Shown: one piece after another, positions 11,508 to 19,390 of the stretch
How the letters are laid out: each line of letters opens with the position of its first letter
Position numbering within the stretch: the stretch's first letter is position 1
NCBI GenBank assembly: GCA_051418015.1
Contig: JBPRGF010000023.1
Coordinates: 96,001-160,000, forward strand
From: Candidatus Nitrospinota bacterium M3_3B_026
GTDB taxonomy: Bacteria; Nitrospinota_A; UBA7883; JBPRGF01
Length of the DNA stretch: 64,000 bases
Reading direction: 5' to 3'
Position numbers and translations under genes: made by a program
Notes under the pieces: model-generated
Told to the model about the DNA's origin: nothing
The model's input: only the letters and a program-made list of their open reading frames with translations
Databases searched by the model: none

Positions 11508-12203
11508 TCAGCGAGCCCGGCCCTTCGATATCGCGCGGACGGGCGCTCCCTCGGGGGGCTCGAACCTGAAATCGGACTCTTCGAGGTCCGCGGCCTTGTC
11601 CACGCTGGAGAACCTGATCCTGTTCCTGTTCCCCAGGTGGTCCACCATCAGAAGCTCGATGACGTTCAACGTCCCGCCGTCCAGCGTCAGCAACATGGCC
11701 TTCAGGCCCGGCGCGGGCTCTTTCGGCGTAAGTTTCAGCCTTATCGTCTCCAGTTTACCCGCTTTTCCCGGCGGCGCCAAATCGATCTCGAAGAGGCTGT
11801 CCAGCCTCGCCTCGCCTGCCAGGAAAAGGGCGGGCGAACGCGGGTTCAGGTATCCCTCCAGGGTGTCGAAGTAGACCACGTTCTCCGCCGGGTCATGGAA
11901 CCACAGCCTCTCGCCATCCACCACGAGCCTTCTGCCCTCGGGTTTGTCGTAGTCCCATCTCATCATCGCGGGCTTCAGCATGGCCATGGAGCCCGCGTGT
12001 TTTTCCACGCCGCCGAACCCCTTCGTCTCGACGGTCTGCTCGAAGCGCGCCGTCATGGCCCGCGTCTTGTCGAATGCCCGCTGGACTTTTTCCACGATCT
12101 CTTCGAGCCCAGCCTCCGCCATGGCCTGGGCTGGCAAGAACAGAAGAGCCATAGCCGCAATAGCCGGGGCGATGGTCCGGGGTATGAGCGTTCCGCGGGA
12201 CAA
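11508..12203 (-). CDS. lolA: Outer-membrane lipoprotein carrier protein
   Basis: Signal peptide; ARFEQ, KPAMMRWDY..P, DGERLW, FRFEPPEG. Confidence 0.88.
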   Translation of the reverse strand: MSRGTLIPRTIAPAIAAMALLFLPAQAMAEAGLEEIVEKVQRAFDKTRAMTARFEQTVETKGFGGVEKHAGSMAMLKPAMMRWDYDKPEGRRLVVDGERLWFHDPAENVVYFDTLEGYLNPRSPALFLAGEARLDSLFEIDLAPPGKAGKLETIRLKLTPKEPAPGLKAMLLTLDGGTLNVIELLMVDHLGNRNRIRFSSVDKAADLEESDFRFEPPEGAPVRAISKGRAR

Positions 12204-12208
12204 TGGCT

Positions 12209-12820
12209 TTACCGCGCCTGTTTTTCCGGCGGCCGCGCCTCTCCGGCGGCGATCATCCGCACGGCCTCGGGGTATATCTCGTGCTCTTTTTCCAGGATGC
12301 GCGCGCTGAGCGTCTCCACCGTGTCGCCGGGCTCCACGGGGACGGCGGCCTGGGTGATGATCGGCCCGGTGTCCACCCCCTCGTCGACGAAATGGACCGT
12401 CGCGCCGGTGATCCTGACCCCGGCGTCGAGGGCCTGTTTCTGCGCGTCGAGGCCGGGGAAGGAGGGGAGCAGCGCGGGATGTATGTTTATGACCCAGCCG
12501 CCCATCCTGGAAAGGAACTCAGGCGACAGTATCCGCATGAATCCGGCCAGGCATACAAGGTCCGCCCCCGCCTCCTCCACGGCGTCCGCCAGGGCCGAGT
12601 CGAACTCCTCCCGGCTCCTGTATTCCCGCCGTTCTATCACGCGATACGGCGCGCCGTGTTTTCTGGCCCGTTCGATGGCCCCGGCGGCGGGGTTGTCGGT
12701 GAGCAGCAGGACTATCTCCACGTTGAGCCCTCCGGCCTCGCAGGCGTCGATGAGCGCCTGGAAGTTGGACCCCCTCCCGGAGGCCAGCACAGCCAGTTTC
12801 AGCTTGTCATCCCGCGGCAT
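12209..12820 (-). CDS. purN: Phosphoribosylglycinamide formyltransferase
   Basis: LASGRGSNFQA, LAGFMRIL, NIHPALLPSFPG, GATVHFVDEGVDTGPI. Confidence 0.96.
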   Translation of the reverse strand: MPRDDKLKLAVLASGRGSNFQALIDACEAGGLNVEIVLLLTDNPAAGAIERARKHGAPYRVIERREYRSREEFDSALADAVEEAGADLVCLAGFMRILSPEFLSRMGGWVINIHPALLPSFPGLDAQKQALDAGVRITGATVHFVDEGVDTGPIITQAAVPVEPGDTVETLSARILEKEHEIYPEAVRMIAAGEARPPEKQAR

Positions 12821-14900
12821 GGCTTCTCGCCCGGCTTTTTCCGGAGGTTTTGCGCTCCTCGCGCTCTTTTATCTTCCTGATGAGGGCTATGTTCTGGGTG
12901 TGGCCGCTTTTCCTGGCGATGAACCTGCCGCGTATCGGGCGGCCGAGCAGGTACAGGTCGCCTATAAGGTCGAGTATCTTGTGCCTGGCGGGCTCGTCGG
13001 GGAACCGCAGGGGGGTGTTCACCACCTTCTCGTCGTCTATCAGGATGACGTTGGACAGCTTGCCGCCCGAGGCCAGGCCCGCCTCCTCGAGCTTTTTGAT
13101 GTCCTTCAAAAAGCCGAAGGTGCGGGCGGGGGCTATGGTCTCCTTGTAACGCTCGCCGGACTCGTAGATGTACTCGTAGCGCTGCCTGCCGATTGGCGGG
13201 GGATAATCCAGGTAATAGTCCACGGAAAAACCGTCCGAAGGCTCCACGGCGAGGTACGGCCCCTCCTCCGGGTCGCCCACGGATATGCGCTCCGTTATCA
13301 CGATCTCCTCCACGGCCCCGTCCTGCTCTACTATCTCGCTGTTCTCTATGATCTGGCAGAAATCCAGGGCGGAGCCGTCCATGATGGGCGCCTCGTCGCC
13401 GATCTTTATCAGCGCGTTGGTTATCCTGTAGCTTGCCATGGCGGACATGATGTGCTCTATGGTCTTGATGGTGACGCTGCCGTTGGAGAGCGTCGTCGCG
13501 TATTCCGTCGACCGGACGTTCTCCAGCAGGGCGGGGACGTGGGCGCCGGTGCTGATGTCCCCGAAGATTATGCCTGAGTCCGGCGGCAGCGGAGAGAGGA
13601 TCAGGCCGGTCTTGATCCCCGAATGCAGCCCATGGCCGCAGAGCACCATAGAGTTTTTCAACGTCCTCTGGGGAATCCCGCCCGCCCCGCCGGACGAGAC
13701 GAGGGGAAGCTGGGCTGAGCCGGTCTTTCTCTTTCTTTTGCTCCTCTTTTTCCGCGCCGGCGGTTTCAGCTCCGCGGTGGGGATGTGGTCTTTCGTCAGG
13801 ACCGGCCCGTCACAGGCCAGCACCCCCTGCTCCAGGACGCTTTTGAGCTGCCTTACGTTCTCCGGCCATTCCGCCTCGGTGAGAATCTCCAGCGCCTCTT
13901 CGTCCACGCTCTCTATGCTCCTGCCGAACTCCTCGAGCATCTCCTCCATGAACTGCTCCACGTAGTCCGGGATGTCCTCCCTTCGCTCCCTCAAGGGCGG
14001 AAGCTTTATAACCGGCCCGGGGAAAAGCGCCGCCAGGGGCTCCGACAGGGCGCCATTTTTCGCCGGGGCGCCCCGGGGCGTTCCCGCCATGTCCATGGAG
14101 GCTATTATCACGGCCCCAGGCTCCGCCCCTTCGCCGTTTTTGGCCTCCCTGGTCAGTATCTCGACGAGTCTTTTCTGGGCGACGGCGGGCAGCTTTTCCA
14201 GCTTGTCGAAAAAGATCGTGCCTCCTTCCGCCAGCTCGAACTTGGACATGTCCCCGGCGTCCTCCTCGAGGAGTGTGGCCTCGACCCCCTCCCGCGCCAT
14301 GACCTCGCAGGATATCTCTATAAAGGGCCTGTCCCGCCGCTCCGACAGGTTGTGGATCATCCTGGCGGCGAATTTTTTCCCCAGGCCCGGCTCGCCCACG
14401 ACAAGGATGGGGCCCGGCTCGCCCGCGGCTTTCCGGAACATGCGGCGCGCTTTCTTGGCCTCCCGCGAGGAGCCGATGAACTGTTTTTCCACCGTCGAGG
14501 CGAGGTCGCCCCTGTTCGCCGCGACGCGCGCCTTCCTGTTCCTGAGGGCCGCGGCGACGGTCCTGAGGATGACGTCCAGCGAGAAGGGCTTCTCGATGAA
14601 ATCGAACGCCCCGAATTTCGTGGCCTTGACGGCGGTCTCTATGGTGCCGTGTCCGCTCATCATCACCACCTCGGCCCCCGCGTCCAGCTTCTTCAGTATC
14701 TTCAGCGTCTGGATGCCGTCTATGCCGGGGACCCATATGTCCAGCAACACGAGGTCCGGCGCGTCGGACTGGATCATGCGCAGGGCCGTCTCCCCGTCGG
14801 CGGCGAGGGAAACCTGGTACCCTTCGTCGGTCAGTATCTCCTTCAGGGCGGTTCTTATGTTCTCCTCGTCGTCTACGACGATTATTCTTCCTTTTCTCAT
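12807..14900 (-). CDS. lpxC: Fusion of an NtrX-like receiver, a degenerate sigma54-type AAA+ domain and UDP-3-O-acyl-GlcNAc deacetylase (LpxC)
   Basis: One uninterrupted 697-aa ORF. REC: VVDDE, LLDIW, SGHG, EKPF. AAA-like: GEPGLGKK, LPPLRERREDIP, WPENVRQL. LpxC: QRTL, GHGLHSG, TIEH, PIMDGSA, APARTFGF, RHKILDLIGD, SGH. Confidence 0.93.
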   Translation of the reverse strand: MRKGRIIVVDDEENIRTALKEILTDEGYQVSLAADGETALRMIQSDAPDLVLLDIWVPGIDGIQTLKILKKLDAGAEVVMMSGHGTIETAVKATKFGAFDFIEKPFSLDVILRTVAAALRNRKARVAANRGDLASTVEKQFIGSSREAKKARRMFRKAAGEPGPILVVGEPGLGKKFAARMIHNLSERRDRPFIEISCEVMAREGVEATLLEEDAGDMSKFELAEGGTIFFDKLEKLPAVAQKRLVEILTREAKNGEGAEPGAVIIASMDMAGTPRGAPAKNGALSEPLAALFPGPVIKLPPLRERREDIPDYVEQFMEEMLEEFGRSIESVDEEALEILTEAEWPENVRQLKSVLEQGVLACDGPVLTKDHIPTAELKPPARKKRSKRKRKTGSAQLPLVSSGGAGGIPQRTLKNSMVLCGHGLHSGIKTGLILSPLPPDSGIIFGDISTGAHVPALLENVRSTEYATTLSNGSVTIKTIEHIMSAMASYRITNALIKIGDEAPIMDGSALDFCQIIENSEIVEQDGAVEEIVITERISVGDPEEGPYLAVEPSDGFSVDYYLDYPPPIGRQRYEYIYESGERYKETIAPARTFGFLKDIKKLEEAGLASGGKLSNVILIDDEKVVNTPLRFPDEPARHKILDLIGDLYLLGRPIRGRFIARKSGHTQNIALIRKIKEREERKTSGKSRARSHAAG

Positions 14901-14958
14901 AACAGGCGTCCGGCAGGGTGTTTATGCGCTTTCCTCACGCGCTCATGGAATTTTAGCA

Positions 14959-17298
14959 TCATTCCATGGGCAGTTCGATCGTAAACACCGTCCCCGCCGC
15001 GCCATTTTCCCCGACTCTTATGGCGCCGCCGTGATCCTCCACCACCCTGCTCACGATGGCAAGGCCCAGCCCCGCGCCGTTAGGTTTCGTGGAGAAGTGG
15101 GGCAGGAATATCCTCTTCTTGACACCCTCCTCCATCCCGTGGCCCGTGTCGGCGATCTCGAGGATCACCTTCCGCTCGTTCTCCCGCCAGGCTGTGCGGA
15201 TGGTGATGGAGCCCTCGCCGTCCATGGCGTCCATGGCGTTCTCCACAAGGTTGACGATGACCCTTTTGATCTGCTCCGAGTCTATGTTCACAAGCTGCAC
15301 GGCCGGGTCCAGCTCCGTCCGCAGTGTCACCCGCGGCCTTGTCCCCTTGTACAGCTTCACCACCTCGAATATCACGTCGTGGAGCATGCTGGGCCTGGGG
15401 TCCAGCTTGAAGAACTCCACCCCGTCCCCGCCAGCCTCCGGCGGCCTGGGGTCCGTCGCCGGCCTCGCCAGGCTTGTGAACTTCTCCACCAGGGTTTTCA
15501 GTTCGTCCACCTCCTGTATGATGGCGTTCGTGGCGTCGTCGAAGACCTTCGGGAAATCGGCGGCCCCCGCCTCGAACTTGCGCCGCATCCTCTGGGCGTT
15601 GAGCTGGATGGGCGTGAGGGGATTTTTTATTTCATGGGCCACTACCCTGGCCATCTCCCGCCAGGCCATGGCGCGCTGGGCGGCGAGGATATCCGTGATG
15701 TCGTCGAAGACTATGACCACACCCATGTACTGGCCGTTCTGGTCCATGAGCACGGAGACGCTCAGCTTCATCGTCACCCGCTTGCCGTTCAGGGTGATCT
15801 CCACCTCCCTGTCCAGGGTGGTCTTGTCCATGTCGTTCATGTCGCGGATCATCCTCCGCACCGGGGCCAGCAGGCCCGCCTCGAACAGCTTGCGGTAGTT
15901 TCCTCCGCGGGCCTTCTCCGCGCTCACGCCCAGCATGGCCGCGGCGGAGCCGTTGATGGTGGTGACGTTTCCGGCCTTGTCGATGGATATGACGCCGCCC
16001 GCCACGTTCTGGAGCACGGCCTCCATGTACTGGCCCCAGCGGCTCATCTCGATGTTGGATTCCGTCAGCTCCTTGTTGGCCCGTTCGAGCTGCTCCTTGA
16101 AGTTCTTGAGGTCGGCGGTCATCTTGTTGAAAGCGCGCACGAGCTGGCCCGCCTCGTCGTCCTTGACGGGGGCGTCGATCCTGACGTCCAGGTCGCCGGC
16201 GGCGACTTTCTCGGTGGCCTCGGACAAAAGCCGCAGGGGGACGGTTATCCCCTTGGCCAGGTAGAAGCCTATCCAGATGGCCGAGAAGACGATGACCAGC
16301 GCCACCAGGGCGAGGGTGACCTGGTAGGAGGCCTTTATTATCTCCTTTTTCAGGGTGAGCTGTTTGTAGTCCTCGAAGGCGTGGGTGATCGACCTGGCCT
16401 TGTCGATGAGCCTCTTCGCGCTCTCCCTGGCGACAAGGACCACCCCCCGCGGCTGGACGGCGGAGCTTCCCGCCAGTTGTATGGGCGCAAGGGAGAAGAC
16501 CATGTTAACCTCGCGGTTGTCCTGGATCTTGGTCACCGTCTCCCCGACGGCGACGCTGGCCAACACATCGAGGTTCTCGTCCATGTCGAACGTCACGCCC
16601 GAGCCCGGCCGCGAAGCCTCGGCCACCAGCTCGTAATTCTCGTTATAGACCTGTATCAGGTCGGCGTCGTACTCCTGTGTCTTCTGGCGGATGAGCCTTC
16701 TCAACCCCGCGCCCAGCCTGGGGTCCAGGAGCCCCCTCTTATTGACAAGGCCCGCAAGGTACATGGCTTTCCGGCGGGATTCCTCCTCCGACTCGCGGTA
16801 CATGCTCTCGGCGATCTGGAGCGAGTCCCTGAGGTTGCGCTCGATCCTGGTGTTTATCCACTTGTCCACCATGTCGCCCAGCAGCTCCGAGGCCACGGCG
16901 AACATCAGCGTCGAGGGTATCAGCGTCATCGCCAGGAACGCCAGCACCAGCTTCGTCTGGAACCTGGCCCCGGCTATCTTGCCCCTCCGCTCGAAGTGCA
17001 GCTTTATGAGGTTCCTTATCACCAGCAGGACCATGACGACCAGCAGGATGACGTTCAGGTTCAGCACCAGCGCCACGGCTATGTGGTTGGAGATGGGAGC
17101 GTCCACGCCGGTGTCCTGCAGCAGGATGGAGGCCACTGTCATCGAGACCAGCAGCAGAACCGCCGCTATGATGACGTAGCGGGTGTTTTTCTTCCTGCGG
17201 GCGGCTATGTCGTTCGGGTCCAGCTCGTCCCGGCGGCTTGGGACAACCGTCCACTTAAGCAGGCTGAGCAGGCGTTTTATGGCGTATCGCAGGGTCAT
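14959..17298 (-). CDS. ntrY: NtrY-like sensor histidine kinase (TM, periplasmic domain, HAMP, PAS, HisKA, HATPase)
   Basis: KIAGARFQTKL, HAMP (PLRLLSEATEKVAAGDL..DEAG..FNKM), AWREMARVVAHEIKNPLTPIQL, G-boxes. Confidence 0.88.
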   Translation of the reverse strand: MTLRYAIKRLLSLLKWTVVPSRRDELDPNDIAARRKKNTRYVIIAAVLLLVSMTVASILLQDTGVDAPISNHIAVALVLNLNVILLVVMVLLVIRNLIKLHFERRGKIAGARFQTKLVLAFLAMTLIPSTLMFAVASELLGDMVDKWINTRIERNLRDSLQIAESMYRESEEESRRKAMYLAGLVNKRGLLDPRLGAGLRRLIRQKTQEYDADLIQVYNENYELVAEASRPGSGVTFDMDENLDVLASVAVGETVTKIQDNREVNMVFSLAPIQLAGSSAVQPRGVVLVARESAKRLIDKARSITHAFEDYKQLTLKKEIIKASYQVTLALVALVIVFSAIWIGFYLAKGITVPLRLLSEATEKVAAGDLDVRIDAPVKDDEAGQLVRAFNKMTADLKNFKEQLERANKELTESNIEMSRWGQYMEAVLQNVAGGVISIDKAGNVTTINGSAAAMLGVSAEKARGGNYRKLFEAGLLAPVRRMIRDMNDMDKTTLDREVEITLNGKRVTMKLSVSVLMDQNGQYMGVVIVFDDITDILAAQRAMAWREMARVVAHEIKNPLTPIQLNAQRMRRKFEAGAADFPKVFDDATNAIIQEVDELKTLVEKFTSLARPATDPRPPEAGGDGVEFFKLDPRPSMLHDVIFEVVKLYKGTRPRVTLRTELDPAVQLVNIDSEQIKRVIVNLVENAMDAMDGEGSITIRTAWRENERKVILEIADTGHGMEEGVKKRIFLPHFSTKPNGAGLGLAIVSRVVEDHGGAIRVGENGAAGTVFTIELPME

Positions 17299-17320
17299 GG
17301 CGCCGTCCCTCCGGCATGGA

Positions 17321-18028
17321 TCAGCCGCCGCCGGCCCCTCCCGCCGGCGCGGCCTCTTCTATGGTGAAGGTGGTGGACGAGCCCCATTCGGTGTCGAAGT
17401 CCCAGAGCGTGAGGAAAAAGAGTATGTAGTTGAACGGGGGTATGAGTTTTATGGATTTCATTTCGCATCTTACCCGAGCGTAATACCTCGCGCCGGGGCT
17501 CATCTCTCTCACCTGGCCGAGGTCTATCTTCTCGAGGCGCGCCATCCAGCGCCGCAGCTCGGCTTTGTCTTTTATGATAACAGGATCCATCGCCTTTTTC
17601 GCCTCGCCGTCTTCCGGGGAGGGGTTCTCCTTGTCACCCCCGTTCTTGTACTCCAGCCAGGCGGCCTCCGCGCCGAAATCTATCTCGCCCGCGTTTTCGG
17701 CCCGTTTCTCCCACGTCAGGTATTCTTTTTTCAGCGTGTCGAACTTCACCATGCGCTTTATGGCGAGCTTCCGGACCGTCTCGTTCCACAGTATCGGCCT
17801 GCGCCTTTTGAGCTGAAGGAAATACGTGAAGGTCACGGGCGTTCCGCTCTCTATCGTCTCCACGATTTCGGGGGTGAACGCGCCTTTTATGGATGCGGAT
17901 ATATAGACCCGGTCCGGAGAGGGCTCGCGGACGACGTCCAGGACAAAGGCCTCCCCGGAGACGGCCTCGGACGAGGACGCCGGGATCACGAAAAACAGCA
18001 ATAAAGCGCAGGCCGCGAACCGCCACAC
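17321..18028 (-). CDS. Exported DUF4390-like protein
   Basis: Signal peptide; 'ETIESGTPVTFTY' and C-terminal 'WDFDTEW'; sits in its usual position upstream of ntrY. Confidence 0.7.
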   Translation of the reverse strand: MWRFAACALLLFFVIPASSSEAVSGEAFVLDVVREPSPDRVYISASIKGAFTPEIVETIESGTPVTFTYFLQLKRRRPILWNETVRKLAIKRMVKFDTLKKEYLTWEKRAENAGEIDFGAEAAWLEYKNGGDKENPSPEDGEAKKAMDPVIIKDKAELRRWMARLEKIDLGQVREMSPGARYYARVRCEMKSIKLIPPFNYILFFLTLWDFDTEWGSSTTFTIEEAAPAGGAGGG

Positions 18029-18208
18029 TTGGGGAAACCTCTTTATCAGGTGGAATATATTTTTTAATTCAATATGTTATATGAAGGTGGAGCTATGTTC
18101 AAGATTATAGCGCCGCCGCAAGGACCACCGGCCGGGGAGCGCCGGGGCTTGACCTGCGCGCATTTCGGGAGGGAGCGCGGCACGGCCGGCGGCGTAAAAC
18201 GCCCGGCT

Positions 18209-18472
18209 TTACAGGGCGGCGGTAAGGGTTATCGCCACCACCAGCTTCAGGAATACGGCCAGCATTATCGGGGCCAGGATGTATATTATGGATCCCTCTT
18301 CCCCATGCCCGGCGGCGCCGGAATATGTGTATTTCCAGGAATCCTCGCCATCTAACATCTTTGCAAGCATCTTTGCAGGTCCAGTGAAAAACGGGGATAA
18401 AAGTCCTTCCATCATGCCCCAGCATAGGTGCAAAACGCTGGCCACAATTATAAAACCATAATATTCAAACAT
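18209..18472 (-). CDS. Possible small membrane protein (87 aa)
   Basis: Two hydrophobic segments in a lower-GC stretch; no clear SD. Confidence 0.3.
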   Translation of the reverse strand: MFEYYGFIIVASVLHLCWGMMEGLLSPFFTGPAKMLAKMLDGEDSWKYTYSGAAGHGEEGSIIYILAPIMLAVFLKLVVAITLTAAL

Positions 18473-18621
18473 ATAGCCGCGCAACAGGAACAGGCGCGTA
18501 TGAAATAGTACACATGAAAGGCGGGTGGTGTATGAGAAATGGCACAATAGAACGGCCCTTGGGGAGATATCCTCGGCTATGCCGGACAGGACAGCCACAG
18601 CCCTCCGGCCTGGAAAGCAAC

Positions 18622-18696
18622 AGGGAAACCCCCCTTTTAAGCCGCCGGGGGCTACCTTTTCTGACCGGCGGCAGACCGATTCGAGAGGGTTTCCCT
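18622..18696 (-). terminator. Long nested hairpin downstream of the small-protein operon
   Basis: Outer arms AGGGAAACCC..GGGTTTCCCT around inner GCCGCCGG..CCGGCGGC. Confidence 0.4.
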
Positions 18697-18718
18697 TTTC
18701 AAACGTCCCGGCGCGATG

Positions 18719-18862
18719 TCATGCGAACATTACCACCATCGCCACGATGAGCATGATAAGAGCCATAAGGCCCTCCACCATCTCCATCACCGACTCCTGC
18801 TCCGGGTGGCTCATCCATGACATCTTGCCTTTTCTCTTGACGCGTCCTGCCATAGCGGCCAT
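18719..18862 (-). CDS. Small Met-rich single-TM protein (47 aa, MAAMAGRVKRKGKMSWMSHPEQESVMEMVEGLMALIMLIVAMVVMFA)
   Basis: Translated by hand; AGGAGG SD 7 nt upstream; alternative ATG at 18868; below the ORF-track cut-off. Confidence 0.65.
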   Translation of the reverse strand: MAAMAGRVKRKGKMSWMSHPEQESVMEMVEGLMALIMLIVAMVVMFA

Positions 18863-18878
18863 TCTCATGCCTCCTTTT

Positions 18879-19019
18879 CTACAGCCCGGCGAACACCATG
18901 CCCAGCACGATCACACCGAGCAACACGGCGGCGGCCCCGGCCATCAGGTAGACACCGCCTAAAATGTAATAGCTCTCGTACAGATGACGCCTGTCTTCGG
19001 GATGCGTTATGATTCTCAT
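18879..19019 (-). CDS. Small single-TM protein (46 aa, MRIITHPEDRRHLYESYYILGGVYLMAGAAAVLLGVIVLGMVFAGL)
   Basis: Translated by hand; AAGGAGGT SD upstream; C-terminal hydrophobic helix. Confidence 0.7.
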   Translation of the reverse strand: MRIITHPEDRRHLYESYYILGGVYLMAGAAAVLLGVIVLGMVFAGL

Positions 19020-19047
19020 TTATCCTTACCTCCTTGTTCCAAAGGCG

Positions 19048-19269
19048 TCAGCCGAAGAAGCTGGGGGGCGGCTTTTTCCTCTTCTTCCTCCCGCCTTCGT
19101 CCTTTTCCTTTTCTCCGCGCTCCTTTTCCCGGAGAGCGCGCCTTTCCTTGCCGTCCCAATACTCGCCATTGCCGAGGAGGACGCCGCTCTTCCTGGCGAT
19201 GTCGATTATGGACATCTTCCGCCTTTCCTTTTTCTTCTCCTTCGGCTCTTTCTCCGTGGCTGAAGCCAT
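19048..19269 (-). CDS. Small highly charged (K/E/R-rich) hypothetical protein
   Basis: GGGAGGT SD 8 nt before the ATG; first gene of an apparent three-gene unit. Confidence 0.55.
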   Translation of the reverse strand: MASATEKEPKEKKKERRKMSIIDIARKSGVLLGNGEYWDGKERRALREKERGEKEKDEGGRKKRKKPPPSFFG

Positions 19270-19390
19270 CAACCGTCACCTCCCTTCTTACATATAATAT
19301 CGGTCCGGAAACGCCGCATGGCAAACCCGCGCCGCGGACCTTTGGGCCGCAACTTCCTGATATTGCTGAGGTTGCCCCAGGGGCCTGATT

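Noticed and set aside
13972..17367. 1131-aa plus-strand ORF and other long antisense ORFs (33168-35801, 29117-31330, 11637-13577, 43679-45514, 46846-48699)
   Set aside because: Shadow frames opposite well-supported genes, expected in high-GC DNA; no recognisable motifs.
18719..19269. Magnetosome-type small membrane proteins
   Set aside because: No mam, mms or mad motifs or neighbouring magnetosome genes are recognisable.
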